Below, piece by piece: positions 52,634-64,000 of a stretch of DNA of 64,000 nucleotides. The stretch's first letter is position 1. Each line of letters begins with the position of its first letter. The notes under the pieces are model-generated. The model was not told where the DNA came from, did not search any database, and worked only from the letters and a program-made list of their open reading frames with translations. The stretch comes from Macrostomum lignano. Lineage: Eukaryota. The translations under genes and the position numbers were made by a program. The stretch is taken from NCBI GenBank assembly GCA_002269645.1, contig NIVC01001195.1, positions 124,001-188,000 of the forward strand, read 5' to 3'.

Positions 52634-54799
52634 GGGGGCCGCTAGACTCTAATCCGGCTGCCATTTAGATCTTGTTTATTATTATAATGCACTTGATCGG
52701 TCACACCGCTGCTATGCCATTGCTAGTCATGGATGACCCGTTGAAAACGTTACCGTGACCAGAATCGCTAAATAGTCATTGCAAACTTGTCTTGCCTCGT
52801 GTCTTGTGACTATTTAACAACTCAAACGGCTTAACGTGACGGATTTTTTTCTGCAAAATGAGTTGCAGAATTGTAAAAGTCACCAAAAAGTCGTCCGAAA
52901 GTTGTTGTGTCAGCGCTTGACTTTCTGCTAACTCAAATTGACTAAACAGAGTTGTTGTGTCAGCGCTTGACTTTCTGCTAACTCAAATTGACTAAACAGA
53001 GTTGTTGTAAATGCGAAATGCGATTCTAATTCATACAGTGACGTGACGCAGCTGCGCTTCAGGCGCAACTCGGTGATTCTACAGCGACTCCAGCAGGCCT
53101 CAGATGCGACTATACGGGGCCCCACAGCCTTCAGTAATAAAACGTCTTGACTTGACTCTTAGACGACTCTGACGACTTTTTGGCGACTTGTACCGTGATG
53201 TCTCTTCGTTTTAAAGTCGTCTTGAGTCGCTTTCCTATGTTACCTGTGTTGCCTCAAAACGACTGAGGCGACGCAAGTGACTCTGGGATGCTTTATGGCC
53301 TAGGTACCGTTTTCATTAGGTGACGACAGTCTATGGCCGAAACTCCCTTAAGGTATGATTTCTATTGGCTGCTAAATTCTACATAAAATTCCTGACACTA
53401 CATCAGTAGTCTTATGGCCATAGACATTCTCGTTGACAGGCAGCGTCACTTTTGGGTTTAAGTGTGCAACTGCAGGTAAGCTTGAAATCAAAGTGTGTTG
53501 CGTCATCGTTGAGGCCTGTTTAGCAGTTGGAATATTCAGCATCAGTTGTGTAGTAGCCGCAGCCCCCGTCCCCCTGTTTTTGGATCTCTGCTGTGCAGTG
53601 GCAGTTCTCGAACGAATATCCATTCTTCTTTTCTGCTGTTTCCATCTCTTTTTTGCGTGCCACCAGAATTTTTAGCTGAATTTGTGTTTGGAATTTGGGC
53701 AATTTTCAGGTAACTACTGAGTATTGCTTGTCCAAATCTTTAAACATTGCAAAAGTACAATAGTAGTATGGCATGATCCAAGGTGCAATATTAACTGCTA
53801 TTTATGCAAACTGCTTCTGCTGTTCTCCCTTTAAACTCTGTTTTGTTCACCAGTGTTTCTTCTGAGGGGCTGTGCTCTCCGTTCACAAACTCACATATCC
53901 TTTGTCCTGTGAGCAATGCCTATGCAGGACTCAGCGTGACCTCTCCAATAATGCTAACATCGACCTTTGCTTAGAGTTTGCTGAATCATTTTCCAGTTTT
54001 TATACAAAGTACAACAATTTTACGGACAAAGAGCCGCGAATCCAAGTCTGCCCGAGTCGTTTTCCATCCCCAATATTTGCTTGTAAGTCAACTGTAGTCT
54101 GCTTTGCTTTACCTACTTCCTTAGCGTACTACTTGCAGTAGCTTATTATTAAATCTCTGACCAAACTGCTTTGGCGCAGCAATTTAACTGGCTGTTTTTT
54201 GTATTCGCAATTGGAACTAGCTTTGCTTATTACTTCCACCTGTCGCATCAAACGCTGCTTCTATTTCTTCCTATTTTGTCTTGTACTAGAGCGATTTTTT
54301 TACGTTTGACAAGCTTAGTCTGCTTCTTTTTATCAACTAGCTTTTCTTTAGTCACCTGTATAATTTTTGCTGTGAAAGAAAGAAGTGAATTTAGATTTTG
54401 CTTCATTTTTTAAGATTATTATTATTTAGTTGATTGCTAGGTCAGCACGCGATTCCCGAGCATTAGACTGACACAGTAATTATTTGGTTCTTTATGTTTT
54501 CTTCCTAATCTTGTTTTGCTTTTTAACCCTCTGAAACTGCATAGAGCCTATTACTCTTATTGGCACGAGTCTCCCACAAATAGAAGAAATGATGATGAAA
54601 TGAGTGGGCTGAACTCTTGTGCGAAAGAGAGTTGTTCGATTTTATCGTAGGTTTGTTTATAACAATTCTAAAAATAGGTTTGCCTTCCCCCAAACCTAGA
54701 TAAGACAATTAATGTACACTTCGAACCTTTCTATTCCTCAATGTACATTCAGCCCACGGGCTAGACTTGCCTCAATGTACACACACTCTTAGGGGGGGG

Positions 54800-54990
54800 G
54801 GGGCGTAGCCCAGCGGTCTAGCGCAGGCTCTGGTGTGCCAGCGACCCAGGCTCGATTCCAAGTGTGGTCACATTAATTTGGGGCTGAATTGGAATCTCGG
54901 CTTGGCTCTGCTCGTGCAATTAACGGCCTTGAGAGCCAACCCCCCAAGGCGCAGTAAAGTGTAAATGCCTAACGATAAAATAAAGTTAGG
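54800..54990 (+). mobile_element. tRNA-derived SINE
   Basis: Pol III A box TAGCCCAGCGG (54806) and B box GGCTCGATTCC (54849), followed by an unrelated body and an A-rich end; no complete cloverleaf. Confidence 0.65.
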
Positions 54991-57900
54991 GCCGCTGTAC
55001 ACTCCTGTGTGATTGTGTGCCTGCGTATCCGCGCGCTTGTATGCCTGCTCAGGGGAGTCTGCGGAATGGGGAGTAATGCCTCTCGCCGGTTGTGTGCCTA
55101 TGTCGCTAAAAAGTGCGCCAGGGTGTACACAACCCCCCTGCCGCTAATAAAAACACACACTCTTGCCCAATCGCCAAAACCCTCTCCCTCCTGGCTAAAC
55201 TCCAATCTTCACCAGAAAAGCCTGTTTGATCTCAACCCAGTGTGTACACTCACTGTAAGGCCAACCGCAAACCGAAATGTACACTGAATTCCTACCCCTC
55301 TTAGTAGTCCCCGCCTCTATTAATATTTCAGTGCCAGTTTTTATTAACGCAGATCACCAGTTTTTTACTTTGCTACCGGGTTTAATGAGAACGCAATGAC
55401 TTATTCTTTTTGAACTGTATAGGCCTTCGTTTGTTCTGCTAGTTTTGGAAGAACTGCTTGTGTAGGGTTCTTTAATTAATTATGTACATCTCCGATGGCG
55501 GTGTCTTCCCATTTCCGAGTCTGGTCTGGTACACGCGCACTAATCTTGTGATACGCCCAAAGTTGAGCACTTCCTGTTGGTAAATGATTGATTTAATTTC
55601 TAGTTTGTCAGCTGTGCCAGGCAATACTTATTAAGAATTTTCAGTTTCTGGTCAAGCTGTGCATTAATTACTTTTTAAAAGTTTTTATTTGATCAAGATT
55701 GTTTTTCTCTTATTTATCAGACTATTTAAATTCCTTGAGTGCTGCTTTTGTTTTAGAATTGTATTGTTGCTATAAAAATTGAAAATTAAGATTAGTTTTA
55801 GTTGCGGCCAGTTGTAGACTGCTTTGCTATAAAATATTTGAAAAGATTTTTATCTCTGTGCAATCCAGCACTTTTTTCTATTAATAAAAATTAGACTTTA
55901 CCTGTAGTTAATTGTGCACAGCATAGCCCTATTGATTTTTGTTTTTTATTGGTTTTCAAGGTTAAAAGCCTTTTGTTTTAATTTGATTGACACAATTGCG
56001 AGATAGAATAGAGATACTCAACACTGTTTTTGCTTGTGCAACCAATGCTGCTGCTGACTGTCGGGCTTCAATAAGCAGGAAAAATTAACAGCTCTTTTTA
56101 TTACAATACCTGTCTGATTATGATCTGCAGAACTGTTTTTAAGCTGCAACTTTTTATTAGATATTCATTTAATTAGATTGATTTAAGAACCTTAGAGAAG
56201 AGTGGTGCGGCACTGGCAGGTTCGTGCCTGCCCTGCAGCGGTTGTCTGAAAAATCTTTGAAATTATTATAGCTAATAAATCATATTTCATACTGTTCCTG
56301 CGTCCTGCGCAGTTTCAATTTGCTGTCTTTTATCTTTTGACAGAAATATTCAACAGTTACGCGCTCGCGCTTCTATTTGCACCCTAAATTTAGCGATTGA
56401 ATTTTTTTCGGCTGTTATTAACTGATTTGCCTTATTTATTTGACCGGCTAGATCAATCCGATGACTGGTTGAGGTTGATCATTAAAGACTGTCAACGATT
56501 TTGGAGGGCTGGAAATTTCTCTATTAACCTTAGCTTCAATGCGTACGATAAAAATACAAAAAAAAATAACAAAAATCCGACCAATTCGCATTGTGATTCG
56601 ACGAGTAAATTAAATTATAATCGCAAAAGTTGTTTTTTAGGATGAGTACCGGTATTGCAGAGAATGATAGATATACATCATACATGTTTTATTTAGATGG
56701 AGAATAGCCAGCCTAGATAGACACAATAACTATCCCAGTGTCCTTCCTTGTAACTGTGCGTACGCCAAATTTCTTTCCCCGCGCTTGTTTTCTGTCTACC
56801 CGAGGCCCTAGTCCCCGCCTACCCCGTTAGATTTTTATTTCGGTGTCTCGCCCCCCCCCCCGGCCTGTCCCGATCCCGAACCTGTTTACGGGTACGGGGT
56901 ACGTGTGTACGCAAGCTGCGGGCACAGTGTACATTGCGCGCTCCACCCCATCTATGTACATTGAACCGTTTTTACGACCTCTTACCGGAGAGTGGGTGGA
57001 GAGGGACGGGCGGCGGAGAGAGCGGCTGGGGTTTGGACAGATTTGCACTCCGCGCAGAACGGAGGGGGCAGGCCGGCTTGTCCTTATTTCGCCCCCGGCC
57101 AGACCAAACAAAACCAACCAAAAGCAGCTTGCCTGAGCCCTGAGTGCGGCCAATGCGACAATACATAACAGACGGCGGAAGAGCTCAGAAAAACCAGTCC
57201 GACCTACTCCAGCCCTTAGGAACTTTACTCTCTACTCGCGTCGCGCTCAAAAAATCAAAGGAAACGCACAGAGAAGATTAGAGGACTGCTCGCTATATGC
57301 TGTGATTGAGAGAAGGGCATCGGTGAGTGCCAGCCGCTGTATCTAAGGTACCATTTTATGTCAACTGAAGCCAGTCGAGTATTTCTTACTCTATTGACTG
57401 CTGCAGAATTAAAATTTTATTTGCTGTCGTCTGCCTCGCACCGTCTGAGTCTGTCTAGTCTGAATCTGGTAGAAATAAAAGTACATTAAATTTCTAATTT
57501 TCTACTCTACTCGTACACTAGCCTTAGAGTTAAACGCTGTATTAGGCTAACTGGAAAAGCCATTAGGATATTAGCAACAACATTAGCCCGCTGGATAAAG
57601 GTGAGAAATTAACTATTGACTGCTAGCTGCGTATTAGCCAAATCAGGAAGCAAAGATGCACTCTATGGTTGAACTCTGACTTCACAGGCCAAAATCAACA
57701 CTTGTCTGCTGAAGAAAAGTTTAAAAGTAACCATTTAATAGATCTAGTGCTGGAGCTGATTTTATTAAATTAGTTTTGTTGCGTTTCTTTTCAAGTCAGA
57801 GAAAGATCACTATGACCTTCTTTTGACCTCGCGCAGTGCAGGCCAAACAGAGCCAACATCGCTGACCGCTCGTTCAAGACAAGTTGCTGAATACACGAGC

Positions 57901-58096
57901 CAAAGAACAAAGGAAAATACGGGAGTTGGCCAAAGCTACTCGTGTTGGAGATAAACTATGCTGCAGTGCAGGCCTCACAGCCAGTCAGCAGCAGCAAAAG
58001 CAGCAACAGCAAAATCAGAAGCCGGTCTTGTTCAGACGACGGCCGCCAGTAGCCGCTGATTGGCCGGTGAAGCTGCTCGGCTCCCTTCTCCATCAA

Positions 58097-60762
58097 ATGA
58101 GTGACAGCAGCGGGGTGCAGCCTGCCGAAGATGACGATGGCCTGCGATGGGAGGACACCGCGGCGGCGGCTGTGGCTGCAGTGGCGTTGGAAGCTGCGGC
58201 AGGCGGCGCAGCGGCGGAAGCCGACGTCGCAACGGAGGACGAGACCGAGGCGGACTTCGAGTGCAGCCTGAAGCGGGTGGACAGCCTCACCCTGGCGCTG
58301 CGGGCCCTGCAGGCTGGCGGGCTGCAGTACTCGCAGGTACAACTGGGCTCTCAGAATCTTCAAGACTGACGGGGGGGAGCTTGGAGAAGCTGCACTCAGT
58401 TCTGAAGCCTTCACTCCCAAGCCGATTCCCAAGCCGGAAGCCACGGTTATCCCAACTTGAAGCTACGATTCCCCTTCCTGAAGCAACGATTTCCCACCCT
58501 GAAGCTACGATTCCCCACCCTGAAGCTACGATTTCCCACCCTGAAGCTACGATTCCACTTCCTGAAGCAACGATTCCCCACCCTGAAGCTACGATGCCCC
58601 ATCTTGAAGCTACGGTTCCACACCCTGAAGCTACGGTTCCCAAGCCTGAAGCTACGATTCCACACCCTGAAGCTACGATTTCCCACCCTGAAGCTACGAT
58701 TTCCCACCCTGAAGCTACGATTCCCCTTCCTGAAGCAACGATTTCCCACCCTGAAGCTACGATTCCCCTTCCTGAAGCTACGATTTCCCACCCTGAAGCT
58801 ACGATGCCCCATCTTGAAGCTACGCTTCCACACCCTGAAGCTACAGTTCCCAAGCCTGAAGCTACGATTCCCCACCCTGAAGCTACGATTCCCCACCCTG
58901 AAGCTACGATTCCCCACCCTGAAGCTACGATTTCCCACCCTGAAGCTACGATTCCCCTTCCTGAAGCAACGATTCCCCACCCTGAAGCTACGATGCCCCA
59001 TCTTGAAGCTACGGTTCCACACCCTGAAGCTACGGTTCCCAAGCCTGAAGCTACGATTCCACACCCTGAAGCTACGATTTCCCAAGCCTGAAGCTACGAT
59101 TCCCCACCCTGAAGCTACGATTCCAAAAAGCCTGAAGCTACGATTCCCAAGCTTGAAGCTACGATTCCCAAGCCGGAAGCCACGGTTATCCCAACTTGAA
59201 GCTACAATTCCCCTTCCTGAAGCAACGATTCCCCACCCTGAAGCTACGGTTCCCAAGCCTGAAGCTACGATTCCCCACCCTGAAGCTATGATTCCTCACC
59301 CTGAAGGTACGATTCCCTATCTTGAAGCTACGATTCCCCACCCTGAAGGTACAATTCCCCATCTTGAAGCTGCAAATTCACCCCCTGAAGCTCGGGGTCG
59401 GTATCACAAGAAAGAAGCTCAGATTACAGCAGCCGACTGCACCGGTTGGACCCCAGTTAAAACCGCTGGCCGCACCGCCAAACCTCCGCAGGACAACGCG
59501 GCGAACAGCGGCAACAGCCTCGACAGCAGCCGCAGCGGCAGCGACAGCCAGCTGGACGAGGACTCTCGGCCCGCCTACAAGCGCGCTTCCAGCCTCAAGC
59601 TGCCCCGCCAGCAGGAAGACTCCAGCCCGGACGCAGTCACCAAGAAGGCCGTCCGCTTCGCCGACGCGATGGGCCTCGACCTCGCCCTGGTCCGCGACGT
59701 GTTCGACCTCGAATCGCCGCCGGAAATTCCCCCGCAGGCGACCCGTGACCTCGTGTTGCCCCCGTCCGACGACGAGGAACAGGCGGAGGAAGGCGACGAT
59801 CTTCTGAGCTTCAGAGACCTGCAGCAGCAGAAGCCGCCGCCGCACGCACCTGTTCATCTCTACCTGTCGCCGTCGTTCGCCCAGCCGGGCTCGGCGCCGA
59901 ACTTCAACTCGCGAATCGCCGCCCAGAAGGTGGTGCTGGAGAGGGCGCAGTTCCACCAGCAGGCCCCTACAGTCGGTCTGCCTTCCTTCACCCAGCATGC
60001 GCCCGCACCTGCGACCACAGTTGGCGGCCAGGTGAGCCCGCCCGGATGGAGAGTCCAGATATTTGAGTCGGGAATTTTGCGTCAAAATAAAGATTTAGGG
60101 TTCGTGTCACGTGATTTACATTTAGGTCTTCAAGTGTGGGATTTAGGGCTGAGATTTAGGGCTTTAAACTTGAAATTTAGCGCTTGATTTAGGGCTTAAA
60201 GCGTGAGATTTAGGGCTTAAAACTTGAGATTTGGGCCTTAAAAGCCAAGATTTAGGGCTTAAACCTTGGGATTTAGGGCTTGAAGCTTGAGATTTATTGT
60301 TCATAAGTGAAACTTCAGTGTTGAGAAATTGAGCTTAAGAGTTCAGTATTGTAGCTTTAGGTTTTCGAGAAATTTGAGCTTCAATATTCAGAACTGGAGC
60401 TTCACCAGTGCTGCCAACCGCCCCGACCCTTCGCCCGGCAGGTCCGCGGTTTCGTCCGCGTGGCCAACCTGGGCTTCGAGAAGGCTGTCCGAGTCAAAGC
60501 CAGCCTGGACAACTGGGGCAACAGCTTCGAGGTCTGCGCCGACTACGTCTCCGGCAACGGCAGCAGCGACCAGTTCGCCTTCACGCTGGGCCTGCCGGAC
60601 TGGCTGCGGGCCGGGGATCGAGTCGCGTTCTGCATCGCCTACTCGGTGAACGGCGAGACCTACTGGGACAACAACTTCGGCGACAACTACGCCTTCAACT
60701 GCGTGCCGGTGGGCTCGGGCCCGCGGCCGGGCCTCGACCAGGCCTGGACCAGATACGTCTAG
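58097..60762 (+). CDS. PPP1R3: Protein phosphatase 1 glycogen-targeting regulatory subunit (PPP1R3 family, CBM21)
   Basis: Exons 58097-58336 (less certain), 59423-60031 and 60442-60762, all phase 0. RVxF motif KKAVRFADAMGLDL, SFAQPG...KVVLE, CBM21 GFVRVANLGFEKAVRVKASLDNW...FCIAY...YWDNNFGDNY. Confidence 0.9.
58415..59385. repeat. 21-bp minisatellite (CTGAAGCTACGATTCCCCACC) between PPP1R3 exons 1 and 2
   Basis: About 44 copies. Confidence 0.97.
60090..60300. repeat. Degenerate ~21-bp repeat (GAGATTTAGGGCTTAAAACTT) in PPP1R3 intron 2
   Basis: About 9 copies of GATTTAGGGCTT. Confidence 0.8.
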
Positions 60763-61247
60763 ACAGCGCGCCAATTCAAAACCGAGTGTTTCTAAGAAAT
60801 GGTTGCTCAGAAACAGCTATTGTTGATCCGTTGGCAGAAAGCCTGTTGTCTTCTAAATTCAAAGATCGGCGGGGCCCAAATAAATTTTATTTTTATTTAA
60901 TAAAACAAATTGTTTTGTTATACACAAATCTGATGTAAATTTTATTTTAACTCTTGAAGATTTTATCACCTTGAGTGTTTCTTAGTTTTCTGAATTAGTT
61001 TGCTAAGGCCCAGCCGATTCTAGAGAGACTGAGGTGTGACTTCATCACTTCAGCTAGCGAGTTCCCAGTACCGACTCATTGACTTATTTGTCCTCTGTAC
61101 CAAGTGCGTCATTCACTTAGTGAGCCGTTATTCTTGGCTGCTTAGGTGTGCTCAACCGACCAAAGTTTTGCGTCAAATTTTGAAATCGATTACAATAAGT
61201 CGCTTTCTAGTTGCCTTTGATAAGATACTTCTCAATTTTCAGCGCTT

Positions 61248-61805
61248 GCAAGAATCCCTGCAAATCCGCCCCGAGAATCCCTGCAAATCCGCCACGAGAG
61301 TCCCTGCAAATCCACCCCTAGAGAATCCCTGCAAATCCGCCCCGAGAATCCCTGCAAATCCGCCACGAGAGTCCCTGCAAATCCGCCCCGAGAGTCCCTG
61401 CAAATCCGCCACGAGAGTCCCTGCAAATCCGCCACGAGAGTCCCTGCAAATCCACCCCTAGAGAATCCCTGCAAATCCGCCCTGAGAATCCCTGCAAATC
61501 CACCGAGAGAATCCCTGCAAATCCGCCCCGAGAATCCCTGCAAATCCGCCTCGAGAATCCCTGCAAATCCGCCACGAGAATCCCTGCAAATCCGCCTCGA
61601 GAATCCCTGCAAATCCGCCACGAGAATCCCTGTAAATCCGCCCCGAGAATCCCTGTAAATCCGCCCCGAGAATCCCTGCAAATCCGCCACGAAAATCCCT
61701 GCAAATCCGCCCCGAGAATCCCTGTAAATCCGCCCCGAAAATCCCTGCAAATCCGCCCCGAGAATCCCTGTAAATCCGCCCTGAAAATCCCTGTAAATCC
61801 GCCCC
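61248..61805. repeat. 23-bp minisatellite (GAGAATCCCTGCAAATCCGCCCC)
   Basis: About 24 copies. Confidence 0.97.
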
Positions 61806-62734
61806 TAGAACTCCTCTAAATCCTCTCATGATACCCATCCATTCCGCCCCCAGAACCGGACCAGCCCCAACTTTTACAAAAGCAGTTTCTCCCCATTAGA
61901 ATCGTGTTTAGTTAATTGAACCCTGTTAGAGTAGAATTTTACCGTTGTACAAAGCATACATTTCGCTAGGTTTAGATGAAGCTTCTAGCTGCATTGTACT
62001 GCCTTCAGCCCCTAGACGTTGAAGCCCCGCTTGCACCCACCTGTAAATGTTTGAAAAATAAACCGACAAAAACGAGTGAAAATTTATTTTAAAATATTAT
62101 TTCATACACAGTTAATGACAAACTATCTGCTCCATAATTAGTTGATTACGCCAGCCAGTGTCAGTACGGCTCGTATATTGAATTTTTAATTGCCTTTTGA
62201 AATTTCATTCTGTAATTAGCAAACAGAGGTTGTAAACCTTGCAAAAAATTGGAGCTGAAATAGTCATTACGGTTTATAGAGTAGGAGCAACAAAATAAGT
62301 TTGCTGTGAAGACGGAAATATTGAAAGAAAATAAGCTTTTATACTACTTGCGAGTAGGCAAAATATAATTTTAAAAAATATAGGCTGGCGTTGAAAATGC
62401 TTGTTAAATTTATAGTACTAATACAAATGCAATACCCATTTTGTATTCATTACACTAAAATGAACACTACTTAAAATCAGGGACAAAGCACCGCTACAAA
62501 AACATAAAATTGTTGAATATGAAGTGCGCTAAGATGTACCTACCGGGAATTTCATGCGTTGGCAGCAAGCTACCACGGCAGCGCAGAGAATAAAATGAAA
62601 AAGCTAACAAAAATGCTACTGATACAAATATATATTAGGCTTCTTTCACAGATTAGGGCGGACCGCCCAATATAACAGGGCTATTTAGCCAGGCTATAAA
62701 ACAGAACTTTTCACTTATCAGCGAAGAGACAGAT

Positions 62735-62965
62735 GGAACGGCCTGAGCTGCCCTCTGATTGGCTAAGGGAGAGAGAGCGGCCTGAGCTGCCCTCTGATTG
62801 ACTAGGGGAGAGAGAGCGGCCTGAGCTGCCCTGTGATTGGCTAGGGGAGAGAGAGCGGCCTGAGCTGCCCTGTGATTGGCTAGGGGAGAGAGAACGGCCT
62901 GAGCTGCCTTCTGATTCGCTAGGGGGGGGGGAGAGAGCGGCCTGAGCTGCCCTCTGATTGGCCAG
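62735..62965. repeat. 39-bp minisatellite (GCGGCCTGAGCTGCCCTCTGATTGGCTAGGGGAGAGAGA)
   Basis: 6 copies. Confidence 0.93.
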
Positions 62966-63088
62966 GGAGAAATAACAGCGTGGGAAATCTCTGAATGGCT
63001 GGAAAACATCTCAAAACCAGAGTATTTTGTCAAAGTTCTACAAGACAAATAAATAAGCACAGAATCAGTTTAATACGGTAGCAGCGAA

Positions 63089-63203
63089 CTACAATAGCCT
63101 CAAACGCTTTCTTGGAGGCGAGCCACCCGCGCTGGGAGAATCCAGACATCGATGCCTGGTTTTAGAAGGCGGCTGCTGCTGCTGACCCGCTGATTCAATA
63201 GCG
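63089..63203 (-). CDS. Possible terminal coding exon of an unidentified gene entering from the right edge
   Basis: Acceptor CCCCATTATCTTCAG, then AIESAGQQQQPPSKTRHRCLDSPSAGGSPPRKRLRLL*; upstream sequence is a minisatellite, as in other introns here. Confidence 0.35.
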
Positions 63204-63339
63204 CTGAAGATAATGGGGATAGTTGACAAATAATGTGAAGGCTGAGGCTGCGTTCTCCACTCCCCCTCAAACCGATCCCCCCAACACTCTGATCCCCACT
63301 CTCTCTCATTCCGATTATCACCCCTCACATCATGATCAG

Positions 63340-64000
63340 TAACTCCCAACATTCTGATCCCTACTCCCAACATTCTGATACCTACTCCCAACATTCTGAT
63401 ACCTACTCCCAACATTCTGATACCTACTCCCAACATTCTGATCCCTACTCCCAACATTCTGCTCCCCACTCCCTACATTCTGCTCCCCACTCCCAACATT
63501 CTGCTCCCCACTCCCAACATTCTGATATCTACTCCCAACATTCTGATCCCTACTCCCCACATTCTGATACCTACTCCCAACATTCTGATCCCTACTCCCA
63601 ACATTCTGATCCCTACTCCCAACATTCTGCTCCCCACTCCCTACATTCTGCTCCCCACTCCCAACATTCTGCTCCCCACTCCCAACATTCTGCTCCCCAC
63701 TCCCAACATTCTGATATATACTCCCAACATTCTGATCCCTACTCCCAACATTCTGATACCTACTCCCAACATTCTGATACCTACTCCCAACATTCTGATC
63801 CCTACTCCCAACATTCTGATCCCTACTCCCCACATTCTGATACCTACTCCCAACATTCTGATCCCTACTCCCAACATTCTGATACCTACTCCCAACATTC
63901 TGATCCCCACTCCCAACATTCTGCTCCCCACTCCCAACATTCTGATCCTCACTCCCAACATTCTGCTCCCCACTCCCAACATTCTGCTCCCCTCTCCCAA
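63340..64000. repeat. 21-bp minisatellite (CTCCCAACATTCTGATCCCTA), runs off the window
   Basis: More than 30 copies. Confidence 0.97.

Noticed and set aside
54800-54875. Functional tRNA gene
   Set aside because: A and B boxes are present but acceptor and anticodon stems do not pair; better explained as a SINE head
60090-60300. Interstitial telomeric repeat (TTTAGGG)
   Set aside because: The motif occurs once per ~21-bp unit rather than as tandem hexamers or heptamers
61232-64000. Repetitive ORFs (QGFSGRICRD, GSRDQNV, MLGVGIR)
   Set aside because: Translations of the 23-bp and 21-bp minisatellites

Overview
Eukaryotic (metazoan, probably invertebrate) genomic DNA; the GC-rich exons and minisatellite-filled introns suggest a flatworm such as Macrostomum, which is inference only. 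There are three recognisable host genes. (1) The 5' part of CASK/lin-2 (CaMK-like domain, 7 exons, minus strand, 17995 to 1381, continuing off the left edge). (2) The 3' half of an AGO-clade Argonaute (plus strand, 50308-52633, starting right after a 937-N gap and carrying about 8 single-base deletions in G/C runs). (3) A PPP1R3-type glycogen-targeting PP1 subunit (58097-60762). Between CASK and AGO lies a ~30 kb nest of transposon remnants: two different intron-containing Helitrons (one with an in-phase OTU-like exon, the other followed by an intact spliced RPA70-like OB-fold gene), five Ty3/gypsy pieces (one full-length element with short LTRs nested in another element's integrase), a P-element-like transposase, a Harbinger Myb/SANT gene and a MITE. 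CASK intron 1 holds Merlin and Tc1-like remnants. Almost every host intron carries its own minisatellite, and these produce most of the long low-complexity ORFs in the track. There is no CRISPR array, rRNA or bona fide tRNA. All assignments come from motif recognition by eye; no searches were run.
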